From the NCBI GenBank assembly GCA_027593235.1, contig JAQCIU010000030.1, positions 1 through 36,648 on the forward strand: a DNA stretch of 36,648 bases. Direction: 5' to 3'. The stretch comes from Chloroflexota bacterium. Its GTDB lineage: Bacteria; Chloroflexota; Dehalococcoidia; UBA2979. Below are positions 9,062 through 17,558 of this stretch, piece after piece (position 1 is the stretch's first letter; each line of letters begins with the position of its first letter). The translations under genes were made by a program, and so were the position numbers. The notes beneath the pieces were generated by a model. The model saw nothing but the letters and a program-made list of their open reading frames with translations. It ran no database searches and was not told the DNA's origin.

Positions 9062-9746
9062 CTTCGACCAGCTCACCCGATCGTGGATTTCGCGAATCTG
9101 GGTGCCGCTGCTCGTCTTTCCCGCGTTCGCGCTGGTGTTCGTCGCCAACAACGAATCCGAGCTGGCCTCGGAGACGATGGCGTTCTACATCTGGGCGGTG
9201 ATGGCACCGATCTCCGCGCTCGCCGTGACGATCCTCGCCTCGGGTGCGATCAGCGGTGAATCAACAATCATCTCGGACGCGATCCTCTCGCGATCGGTGA
9301 CGCGCACGGAGTACGTGAGCGCCAAGATCATCTCAAGGGTGGGCTTCACGCTCGCGGTCTACGCGATCGTCGTGATCCCGTTCGCCTACCTCGTGATGCG
9401 CTACGCCACGTCGGATACCTCGACGGTCGGGGTGATCATCGGCCTCTGGATGATCGCGACGATGCTGGTGTTCCTGGCGACGTTCGGGATCGCGATGTCG
9501 GTGGCGATGACCAGTGTGCTGCCGGCCGTCCTCGTCGTGCTGCTGGCGGTGACGCTCTCCGGTGCGGTGCTGCAATTCCTCGGTCTGACCTGGATGAGCA
9601 CCACGGCCGTGATCGACCAACTCCCCGAAACCTTCCGCGGCGATACCGGGGGCTGGGAACAGCTTCGGGTGCTGCTGGTGTTCAATGCGTTGAGCATCGT
9701 GGCGCTGACCGGCGCGGTGTGGCTGTTCCGCCGCAAAGACCTGTAG
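9030..9746 (+). CDS. ABC-2 type transporter permease
   Basis: About 6 hydrophobic segments, ISGE...LSRSVTRTEYVSAK motif, C-terminal FRRKDL. Overlaps the ATPase gene by 32 nt. Confidence 0.87.
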   Translation: MQAFLAILRYDFDQLTRSWISRIWVPLLVFPAFALVFVANNESELASETMAFYIWAVMAPISALAVTILASGAISGESTIISDAILSRSVTRTEYVSAKIISRVGFTLAVYAIVVIPFAYLVMRYATSDTSTVGVIIGLWMIATMLVFLATFGIAMSVAMTSVLPAVLVVLLAVTLSGAVLQFLGLTWMSTTAVIDQLPETFRGDTGGWEQLRVLLVFNALSIVALTGAVWLFRRKDL

Positions 9747-9762
9747 TGGCACGCTCCCAACG

Positions 9763-10101
9763 ATGAACGAGCGATTCGATGTCGGCGGACTGCTGACGAG
9801 CGACAGCGAGTCGATCGATCTGGGCGAGCACCACGGGCACCGACTGGAGGGCCGGGTCGAGCGACGGACCTTGCGCCTCGGGATCGGTGGATCGCGCGGG
9901 TTCCGCTTCGAGCTGGCGAGGGCGCGCGCCACCTCGATTCGCATCGACGGACCGACAGGCGAGCTGGTGCAGCGGGTACCCGCCAACCCCGATCCCTGGC
10001 TGGCCGCGCTGGCGCGGATGGCGGCGATGGCACTGGCGACGGCGCTCTTGCCGTGGCTGTTCCGACGTCGGCACGGTTTCGCTCGGCAGGCAGCCGAGTA
10101 G
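9763..10101 (+). CDS. Hypothetical protein with C-terminal hydrophobic segment
   Basis: Fills the gap between co-directional genes and starts 17 nt after the permease stop. Confidence 0.6.
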   Translation: MNERFDVGGLLTSDSESIDLGEHHGHRLEGRVERRTLRLGIGGSRGFRFELARARATSIRIDGPTGELVQRVPANPDPWLAALARMAAMALATALLPWLFRRRHGFARQAAE

Positions 10102-10130
10102 ACTGCTAGCAACCGAACACGGAGGCGCGG

Positions 10131-10499
10131 ATGGATCCGAACGAGGCCGTAGCGCAACTGGCGCGGATGCCGGAACACACCGGAGCCGGCACGTGCTTCG
10201 GCACGCCGGTGGCCGTGGGTGACCGAATCGTGATTCCGATCGCGGAAGTCGTCTACGGATTCGGGTTCGGCTGGGGCTCCGGCGGCAACGAAGCTGCGAA
10301 CGCCGACGAGTACGGCACGGGCGGCGGCGGCGGTGGTGGCACGAAAGCCCGCGGTGTCGCGGTGATCGAGGTCTCGCCCGGCGGGGTGCAGATCCACCCG
10401 GTGCGCGACCGCACGGCGATCGCGCTGGCACAACTCGCGCTCGCATCCTCGGCGACGGCGCTGATCTCGCGGACCCTGGTCAAGTTGATCCGCGGATAG
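10131..10499 (+). CDS. GerW/YtfJ family protein
   Basis: FGTPVAVGDRIVIPIAEVVYGFGFGWG...GGGGGG...VAVIEV pattern. GGAGG RBS. Confidence 0.8.
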   Translation: MDPNEAVAQLARMPEHTGAGTCFGTPVAVGDRIVIPIAEVVYGFGFGWGSGGNEAANADEYGTGGGGGGGTKARGVAVIEVSPGGVQIHPVRDRTAIALAQLALASSATALISRTLVKLIRG

Positions 10500-10513
10500 C
10501 CCGGCAGCAACAC

Positions 10514-10930
10514 GTGCCCGATCCAACACCACCCGTCGATCTGACGCCCCGCCTGCAGGCGATGCCGTTCGCAACACGCCTCGGCCTGCGCGACGTACGC
10601 GGCGACGCGGCCGGCATCACCGCGACAGCGGACTGGGCGCCCGAGCACTGCACGAGCGGGAACACGCTGCACGGCGGCTACCTGATGACCGTCGCCGACA
10701 CGCTGGGCGCGATGTGCGCCTCGCAGCACCTCCCCGAGGGCGCGGGAACCACGACGATCGAGTCCAAGACGAACCTGATGCGCGGCGTGACAAGCGGGGT
10801 GATTCACCTGCGCTCGGAGCCGGTACACGTGGGCGGGACGACGATCGTGGTGCAGACCGACATCACGCGGGACGACGGCAAGCTGGTTTCGCGAACAACA
10901 CAAACCCAGTTGGTGTTGCGACCGCGCTAG
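10514..10930 (+). CDS. PaaI family hotdog-fold thioesterase
   Basis: MPFA..LG, LHGGYLMTVAD and TTIESKTNL motifs. Confidence 0.88.
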   Translation: MPDPTPPVDLTPRLQAMPFATRLGLRDVRGDAAGITATADWAPEHCTSGNTLHGGYLMTVADTLGAMCASQHLPEGAGTTTIESKTNLMRGVTSGVIHLRSEPVHVGGTTIVVQTDITRDDGKLVSRTTQTQLVLRPR

Positions 10931-11037
10931 TCGGCGCTCCCGCGACATTCGCGGGAATCACGGCACTCGGAATCAGGGAAACGAGCAGGGGTAACGGCTG
11001 GTCCGGGTCCCTGACGCCCCATATACTCGCGCTCCCA

Positions 11038-11112
11038 GCCGGTGTAGCTCAGAGGCAGAGCAGCTGTTTCGTAAACAGCAGGTCGAGGGTTCAAATCCCC
11101 CCGCCGGCTCCA
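11038..11112 (+). tRNA. tRNA-Thr (anticodon CGT)
   Basis: Acceptor GCCGGTG/CGCCGGC, D-arm GCTC..GAGC, anticodon arm GCTGT-TTCGTAA-ACAGC, T-loop GTTCAAATC and encoded CCA. TATACT -10 at 11022. Confidence 0.96.
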
Positions 11113-11145
11113 GAATTCCAATCTTCGATGGTCGAAAGGCGCGCG

Positions 11146-11886
11146 ATGAGCAGTTTCCGCACGCGACTGCGTCAGACAGCGCAAGCGTCACGTGGTCGCC
11201 AGATGGGCTTCGCCGCGCGCGCCGCGGGAGAACCGGGAGCGCAACTCCTGGTTGTCGCGATCGTCGACGACGCCGCGTCCGTACCCGGATTGCTGGAGGC
11301 CGGCGCCGGTGCGCTGATCTCCACCTCGATGGACAACCTGGCGGCAATCGTTGCCGCCGCTGGCCAGGCACCGGTCGGTGTGCGCATGGACGCGACGACG
11401 GTCGCCAGCGCCGCGCAGGCGCGCGAGGCCGGCGCGGACTTCATCGCCTTCAACGACACCCAGACGGAGGCCGAGGCGCTCCTTGAGCCAGAGCCCGGCC
11501 GCGTGCTGTTGATCGAAAGCAACATCGACGAGGAGCAACTGCGGTTGTTCTCGGGAATTCGTCTGGACGCGATCATCGTCGCCCCACCGGCCCAGCCGTT
11601 GCTGGTGCGCGATCAGCTCGCGCTGCGGCGGATCGTCGACCTTGCCGGCGCGCCGCTAATCGCGCCGACGGGTGACGCGCCCTCGACGGAGACGCTGCAC
11701 GCATGGCGGAACGCCGGCGTGCTGGCGGTGCTGGTCCCCGGCGACCGCGCACTCGTCGAGGCGACCCGCGCGGCAGCGGCAAAGGTGCCCGCGCCACAGC
11801 CGGTCCGGGACGAGGAACGTGGCTTCGCGCTGGTGCCGGCAGTGGCCGAGAGTGCCGCCGACCTCGACGACGACGACGATTTCTAA
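11146..11886 (+). CDS. Hypothetical protein, alternating beta/alpha pattern (TIM-barrel-like)
   Basis: ATG 11146 (MSSFRTRL) immediately after the tRNA. Repeated AGAxxL/AGADFI/AGVLAV units and an acidic tail. Confidence 0.7.
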   Translation: MSSFRTRLRQTAQASRGRQMGFAARAAGEPGAQLLVVAIVDDAASVPGLLEAGAGALISTSMDNLAAIVAAAGQAPVGVRMDATTVASAAQAREAGADFIAFNDTQTEAEALLEPEPGRVLLIESNIDEEQLRLFSGIRLDAIIVAPPAQPLLVRDQLALRRIVDLAGAPLIAPTGDAPSTETLHAWRNAGVLAVLVPGDRALVEATRAAAAKVPAPQPVRDEERGFALVPAVAESAADLDDDDDF

Positions 11887-11908
11887 CGCCTCGCCGCGGT
11901 CTCGTTCC

Positions 11909-11938
11909 TTGACGGGCTTTCTCGGCGGTTCCTACGAT
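11909..11938 (+). promoter_or_regulatory. Sigma70-type promoter of the merR gene (probably leaderless)
   Basis: TTGACG-18 nt-TACGAT, with ATG 8 nt later and no SD. Confidence 0.6.
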
Positions 11939-11946
11939 GCTCTGTA

Positions 11947-12483
11947 ATGAGTAGCACCCAGCCACCGCCGGCAGCCGACAGCACCGAGCCGAAGTACCAG
12001 ATCGGCGAGGTGGCTTCGCGTACCGGTGTCACGCAGCGGGCGCTCCGCTTCTACGAGGAGAAGGGGCTGCTCCAGCCGCCGGAGCGGATGGAAGGCGGCT
12101 TCCGCCGCTACTCCGACGACGACGTCACCCGCATCGAGTTCGTGAAGAAGCTCCAGGATCTGCTGGGCTTCGCCCTCTCCGAGATCAAGGAGATGGTGGA
12201 GGCCGAGGAACTACGCCAGCATGTGTTGGCGAGCCGTCACCTGGATACCGCGCTACCGGCGCGGCTGATTCGGTCCGAGCGGATCATCGACGCCCTGCAG
12301 CGTCAGCTCGATGTGGTGGAGCGGAAGACCGACGCGCTGATCGAGATGCGCACCGAGCTACGCGAGCGGCTGCGCATGATGCACCAGCGTCGCGCGGACA
12401 TCGTGGACAAGCTGAAGACCGAAGAAGCCGAAGCCGCCGCGACCCGCTCCAAGCACGAACGGGCTGCACCCGCCGGCGCCTGA
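11947..12483 (+). CDS. MerR family transcriptional regulator
   Basis: YQIGEVASRTGVTQRALRFYEEKGLL.P.R..GGFRRY HTH and LGFALSEIK, followed by a coiled coil. Confidence 0.92.
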   Translation: MSSTQPPPAADSTEPKYQIGEVASRTGVTQRALRFYEEKGLLQPPERMEGGFRRYSDDDVTRIEFVKKLQDLLGFALSEIKEMVEAEELRQHVLASRHLDTALPARLIRSERIIDALQRQLDVVERKTDALIEMRTELRERLRMMHQRRADIVDKLKTEEAEAAATRSKHERAAPAGA

Positions 12484-12561
12484 CTTCCCGACGGCTCGTT
12501 TCACCCGCTCACTCGACCCCGTACGAGGGCCAACGTCCCGACTGGCAGCCGGGTGTCGCAA

Positions 12562-13017
12562 CTAGCCGGCGAGCTGCTTGACCGCGGCGAGCGCGCCTTC
12601 CGAATGCACGTTCATGTCGCGCTGGTCATCGATCACCGTGTGAACCTTGCCAGTCGCGTCGAAGACGAACGTGACGCGCTGGGCGACCTGCGCGCCCTCG
12701 CGTCGGACGCCGAACGTGTCGATGGTGGCGAGTTCGGGCCAGTCCGAGAGCAGCGGAAAGCCGATCCCGTTGGACTCGGCGAAGGCTCCCTGTGAAGCGA
12801 ACGTGTCTGCGCTGATGCCCGCCACGCGGGCTCCGAGGGCTTCCATTTCAGCGAGGTGCTGCTGAAAACCCTTCATCTCAGTGGTTCAGCCACCGGTGAA
12901 GGCCATCGGGTAGAACGCGAGGACCGCAATCGATCCAGCGAAGGCTTCCTGGGTGACGTTCTCACGTTGCGGGTTACGCAACGTGAACGCCGGCATCTGA
13001 CTTCCTACCTCAAGCAT
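12562..13017 (-). CDS. Peroxiredoxin (AhpC/TSA, BCP/AhpE-like), probable selenoprotein with in-frame UGA at 12886-12888
   Basis: Joins track ORFs 12886..13101 and 12562..12876 in one frame: MLEVGSQMPAFTL...FYPMAFTGG-[TGA]-TTEMKGF...GISAD...FPLLSDW...QRVTFVFD. TGA sits at the PxxxTxxC peroxidatic Cys. GAGGTG RBS before ATG 13017. Confidence 0.88.
12836..12872 (-). promoter_or_regulatory. Candidate bacterial SECIS element
   Basis: mRNA from 14 nt after UGA reads AGGGUU-UUCAGC-[AGCACCUC]-GCUGAA-AUGGA-AGCCCU. It forms two stacked 6-bp helices, with G at loop position 2. Confidence 0.6.
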
Positions 13018-13061
13018 CGGGTGCACCTCGCGTGCGGTCCTCGCGGGACCTGGTCCGTGGG

Positions 13062-13298
13062 CTAGTGGTGATCGGCCGCGTCGGGCTTCTGAAAGTCCCA
13101 ATCGAGGCCACGCTCGCGGCGGTAAAGGAATCCGATTCCGCCAACGACCGCGAGCCCGAATAGCGCCAGCAGCGTGACGATCACGACGACGCCCATATCG
13201 GCGGGGGCCTCAAGTGCGCGCCCATCGTCGGTCGCCAGCGCGACCGCCGGTGAGGCGGCGAGCAGCAGTCCGGTGAGAGAACCGATCCAGCGCTTCAC
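13062..13298 (-). CDS. Small hypothetical membrane protein (signal peptide plus one TM helix)
   Basis: GTG start with AGGAAGGG upstream, AVALA cleavage-like site, and TM VVVIVTLLALFGLAVVGGIGFLY followed by RRER. Confidence 0.72.
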   Translation of the reverse strand: MKRWIGSLTGLLLAASPAVALATDDGRALEAPADMGVVVIVTLLALFGLAVVGGIGFLYRRERGLDWDFQKPDAADHH

Positions 13299-13400
13299 GG
13301 ATTCGCCCTTCCTTACATGAACGTTTCAGCCCGCAGTCTAACGATCTCCACGGCTAGGCGGGGCGCACGCGAGGCGAGTCAGGCCGTACGCTCGATCGCA

Positions 13401-15494
13401 ATGCGTCGCCTTCCGCTCCTCGCGATCCCGATCGGGGTATTGATCGCCGCGGGGGCGGCGGTGCTGTACCTCGGGTTCGGGGTGAATCCCTTCTCCGGGG
13501 GATTGCCCGACCCGGTGGTCGTCTCCAGCACCCGCGAAACCACGCCCACGGCGACCCCGACACCACCCCCGACGCCCTCGCGAACGCCGTCACCCACACC
13601 AGAGCCGTCTCCGCCGGAGCGATATCAGCTCGCGATCGAGGCACGCGACCGTGGGGAACTGCGACTTGCCGCGAGCGAACTCGCGCTGATCGCCGACAGC
13701 AGCAGCCCGCTCGCGCCGTTTGCCGCATTCCGCCGCGCGCAGGTTCTGATCGCGGACGAGAAGTACGCCGCGGGGGTGGAAGCATTCATCTTCGCGCTGG
13801 GGCGACCCACGCTCCCCGCCACGCTGCACCCGATCGCGCGAATCGAAGGCGCGGCGGCGCTCCGTGAACTCGGCGATCGCGACGCGGCGATGGACTGGCT
13901 GACGATCGCGATCACCGATCCGGAGACCAGCGCCGGGCAGGCAGCGAGCGCCCGCTGGGAACGCGCCCAGCTCGCCCTCGCCAGCGACGACCCGGGCTGG
14001 ACGGACGATGCACTGGCGCTGATCGCGCAGTCCCCCGGGCACCCCGTGACAGCGAGGGCGCTCGACGCGCTGGAGGCCGGAGCGATCGAGGTACCGCCGC
14101 TGCAGGCCGCCTACGTGCGTTACCTGGCACGCGAGAACGTCCGCGCCGTGGTTCGGTACCAGTCGATCCTTGATGACGACCCGGACGCGGCGACCGCCGG
14201 GGTCGCGTGGTTCTATCTGGGTGCGCTGGCAGAGCGGGAGCCCGACCGCTAGGCCGCAATCGCGGCCTACGGCGAATCGATCGCCCTCGATCCAGCGGGC
14301 AGCCGCGCGGACGACGCGGCCTACTGGCGTGGGCGCGTCGCCGAGGAGGAGGCCGACTTCGACGCGGCCGCCGGCTACTACGCCTTGCTGGTGACCGAGT
14401 ACCAGAACTCCTCGTTCGCCAGCGACGGAGCGCTCCGCGGCGCGCTCGCGACGTTCGAAAGCGGCGACGAGCCGACGGCGTTGGAGCAGCTCGCGACGAT
14501 CGCGACGGGACAGGGCAGCGAGGCACCGGCGGCCGCGCGCTGGTACGACCTGATCGCGGGACCAGATGCGCGGGTCGCAGCAGGCGTCCCTGCTGCGAGC
14601 GAGATCGATCCGCGATCGTTCGACGCGATCCTCGAGGCGGCCGGATCACGGGCCCTCGATGCCCCGCTGGTCGAGCCGCTCCCACGGGTCGTCAATAGCA
14701 GCTCAGCGATCACAACATGGCTGACAGAGCGTTACGGCGTTTCCACGGGAACGGGGCATCTTGGCGAGGACGATACGGCTGAGCTCGTCCAGTTACTCGC
14801 CGATGCTCAAGAACGCTCACTCGCACGTGCGGTTCTACTGGAGCGCCTCGACGATGTGACCAGCGACCCACACGCCGTGATCGACACCGGGATCCGCGCA
14901 GCGGCGCTGAGCCTGCCGGACGCGGGGCTGATCGCGGCGATGCGGATCCTCGGGGGGATGGGATCCACCGCGCGGCAGGGAACACCGCTGGAACTCGAGC
15001 GCATCGCCTACCCGGCGCCGTGGCCGGAGCTGGTGGTCGCGGCGAGCGAAGAGTTCGGCGTCCCGCCGCTACTCCTACTGGCGCTTGTGCGACAGGAATC
15101 CGCGTTCGAGCCGGACGTCTCGTCGCCCGCCGGCGCGATTGGGCTGACGCAGGTGATCCCACCAACGGGCGTCGAGATCGCGCGCATCCTCGGAGAGCCA
15201 TGGGAGGGCCCAATTTCGCTGACCGATCCAGCGACATCGCTGCGCTACGGCGCCGCCTACCTCGCGACACAGTTGGACGCGTTTGACGGAAACGTCTTCG
15301 CCGCCCTTGCCGCATACAACGCTGGACCGGGGAATGCGCGGCGCTGGCTGGACGTCCAGGTGTGGCCGGGAGCAGATGGCTACGTACAGGCCATCGACTT
15401 CGAGGAGACACACCGGTACGTTGAAGGTGTGGTGGAGCAGTACGCGTGGTACCGCTACGCTTACGGCCTGTCGACGGTGCCGGCGATTCGCTAA
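13401..15494 (+). pseudogene. TPR-containing soluble lytic transglycosylase (Slt70-like) interrupted by an in-frame TAG at 14250-14252
   Basis: N-terminal anchor and PT-rich linker. TPR-like helices continue through the stop (EREPDR*AAIAAYGESIALDPAGSRADDAAYWRG) into the SLT domain: RQESAF, GAIGLTQV, AAYNAGPGN and ETHRYV. Confidence 0.8.
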
Positions 15495-15530
15495 GAGCGA
15501 GACCGCTGGATCGGGGATGCCGCACCCGGA

Positions 15531-15560
15531 TTGCTCGGATGTCCGAGCGCCACCTATACT
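15531..15560 (+). promoter_or_regulatory. Promoter of the rpmH operon with an overlapping palindrome
   Basis: TTGCTC-18 nt-TATACT, with GCTCGGA-TG-TCCGAGC at 15533-15548. Confidence 0.55.
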
Positions 15561-15614
15561 CGTCTGCCTCCTCAGCCATGCGCGATTGTCGGCCGCGCCC
15601 GAACGGAGCCTCCC

Positions 15615-15752
15615 GTGCCCAAGCGAACCTGGCAGCCAAAGCGGATTCCGCGGAAGCGCAAGCACGGCTTTCGCGCCCGAATGGCGACGAAGAACGGGCG
15701 TCACGTCCTGGCTCGTCGCCGTGCGCGCGGCCGATCGAAATTGTCCGTCTAA
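15615..15752 (+). CDS. rpmH: 50S ribosomal protein L34
   Basis: GTG start. [45 protein letters not shown]. Confidence 0.97.
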   Translation: MPKRTWQPKRIPRKRKHGFRARMATKNGRHVLARRRARGRSKLSV

Positions 15753-15793
15753 TTTTGCACCGTCAGTAACGGCGCGTTGTGCCGCCGTTGACC

Positions 15794-16165
15794 GTGTCCG
15801 AACGACCTTCAACGCCGCGACCCGCCGAGCGCTTGCGCCGCAGTCGCGACTTTGCCGCAGTGATGCGTAACGGTCGCCGGACGCGAGACCCGTTGATCCA
15901 GCTGGCGGCGCGACCGAACGAGCTGCCGTACAGTCGGGTCGGCTATGCAGTCAGCCGTCGAGTGGGAGGCGCGGTCATCCGCAACCGAGTCAAGCGCCGC
16001 CTTCGCGAGATCGCACGGACACTCCCCTTCGATACCGGCTACGACATCGTCGCCATCCCGCAGCATTTGAGCGTACAAGCGAGTTTTCAGGAGCTGGGAA
16101 GCGCATTCGACCGTTGCGCCCGACGCCTGAAGCTCGTAACCGATGAGAACGTGACACATTCGTGA
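15794..16165 (+). CDS. rnpA: Ribonuclease P protein component
   Basis: [34 protein letters not shown] (RNR motif), directly after rpmH. Start approximate. Confidence 0.94.
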   Translation: MSERPSTPRPAERLRRSRDFAAVMRNGRRTRDPLIQLAARPNELPYSRVGYAVSRRVGGAVIRNRVKRRLREIARTLPFDTGYDIVAIPQHLSVQASFQELGSAFDRCARRLKLVTDENVTHS

Positions 16166-16392
16166 TCAAGCGCCCACTCCTCTTTCTCATTCGCGGCTAT
16201 CAACGCCTCCTCTCGCCGCTCCTGGGCGCATCGTGCCGTCACGAGCCCACCTGTTCGGCATACACCTACGAGGCGATCGAGCGGCACGGCGCGTTGCGCG
16301 GTGGCTGGCTCGGTGTGCGCCGCATCGCGCGTTGCCGTCCCGGGCGACCGGGTGGGTACGACCCGGTGCCGCAGCGGGAGCACGCGGCGTGA
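16162..16392 (+). CDS. yidD: Membrane protein insertion efficiency factor YidD
   Basis: [10 protein letters not shown]...[35 protein letters not shown]. Confidence 0.95.
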   Translation: MIKRPLLFLIRGYQRLLSPLLGASCRHEPTCSAYTYEAIERHGALRGGWLGVRRIARCRPGRPGGYDPVPQREHAA

Positions 16393-16454
16393 CCGCGCCA
16401 GAACGCACACATTCGGAGATTTCGCCGGCGGATCGGAGACGCCGAGGATCCTCG

Positions 16455-17555
16455 ATGTTTCACGTGAAACATCGGCGCTGGACATCGGTGCTGGCCGGCG
16501 CGGTGCTCTTTGTTGCCGTCGGCTGTGCGACGGTCGCTTCGCCCGAGGGTTGGGCGGCGCCGGTCGCGGACGGCGACCAGGTGATCGCGCAGCTCGAGCG
16601 CGGCACGATCAGTGGTGGTTCATTTACCGGCACGGGCGCGTTTGTCGAAGAGTGGCGGTACCCAGCGGAAATCGACGACATCGATTTCGACGGTTTCTAC
16701 GCGACTCCGATCGTTGACGATGACGTGGTCTACGCAGTCTCGTACGACGGAGCAGTGATCGCGCTCGACACGCGGGATGGGCGCCCGGTCTGGCCTGCCG
16801 TCGTCCGACTCAAATCGAACGTCGTGGCATCCCCAATCATCGACGGGCCGTCGCTCTACGTTCCGACCGAGGAAGGCGACATCGTCGTACTCGCGAAGGA
16901 GAGCGGCATCGAGACTGGGCGCTTGCTCGACCGCAACGGCCGGATCTGGGCCGCGCCAGTCGATCGAGGTGGCACGATCTACGTCGGCAAGCTGGATGCC
17001 CGCGAACTCCTGGCGATCCAGGCGTCCGACGGCGTCACGCGGTGGACTCACGATTCTGGCGGCGCGCTGTCGGCGGACCTCGAGTTGGCGGGGGACCTCG
17101 TCATCGCCGGATCGCTCGACCGTTCGCTCCGCGCGTTCGACACAACAGCAGACGGTGCCGAGCGCTGGCGCTACGAGACACGTGGCTGGCTGGTCTCTTC
17201 GCCCTTGATCGCGGGCGATATCGTCTACGGCGCCACCCTGCGCGGCGAGGTCTTCGCCCTCGACGTCACCACCGGCACCGAGAAGTGGCTCTACACCGAG
17301 GACGGGCTCGAGTTTCGCTCGCAGCCGGTGCTCCTGGACGGCGTTCTGGTCGCCGCGGACCGGGACGGTCATGTGCGGGGGATCGACCCGGCCACCGGTG
17401 CGCTGCGATGGCAGTCAGACCTCGATGACGCGAAGCTCTTCGCCGATCCGCTCGTCTACGACGGCGGCGTCCTCTATCTGACGAAAAACGGGAAGCTGCT
17501 GCGGCTTTCCGCCTCCGACGGCACTGCTGTCGTCGCGTTCGACCGAGGAGGCTAG
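16455..17555 (+). CDS. PQQ-like beta-propeller repeat lipoprotein (BamB-like fold)
   Basis: Lipobox VAVG-C and repeated ALD..xG..xW / SSP.I..D.VY blades. Start at ATG 16455 (GAGGA RBS) or GTG 16389. Confidence 0.85.
   Translation: MFHVKHRRWTSVLAGAVLFVAVGCATVASPEGWAAPVADGDQVIAQLERGTISGGSFTGTGAFVEEWRYPAEIDDIDFDGFYATPIVDDDVVYAVSYDGAVIALDTRDGRPVWPAVVRLKSNVVASPIIDGPSLYVPTEEGDIVVLAKESGIETGRLLDRNGRIWAAPVDRGGTIYVGKLDARELLAIQASDGVTRWTHDSGGALSADLELAGDLVIAGSLDRSLRAFDTTADGAERWRYETRGWLVSSPLIAGDIVYGATLRGEVFALDVTTGTEKWLYTEDGLEFRSQPVLLDGVLVAADRDGHVRGIDPATGALRWQSDLDDAKLFADPLVYDGGVLYLTKNGKLLRLSASDGTAVVAFDRGG
16456..16471. promoter_or_regulatory. parS centromere-like site
   Basis: TGTTTCACGTGAAACA is a perfect parS consensus (palindrome extends 16453-16474). 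parA/parB lie about 4 kb downstream. Confidence 0.93.
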
Positions 17556-17558
17556 CTG

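Noticed and set aside
11038-11145. tRNA as integration site of a genomic island
   Set aside because: No integrase, no duplicated tRNA 3' end and no compositional shift were seen in the window.
11947-12483. SoxR or metal-sensing MerR regulating the adjacent peroxiredoxin
   Set aside because: The protein has no Cys, and the genes are convergent rather than sharing a promoter.
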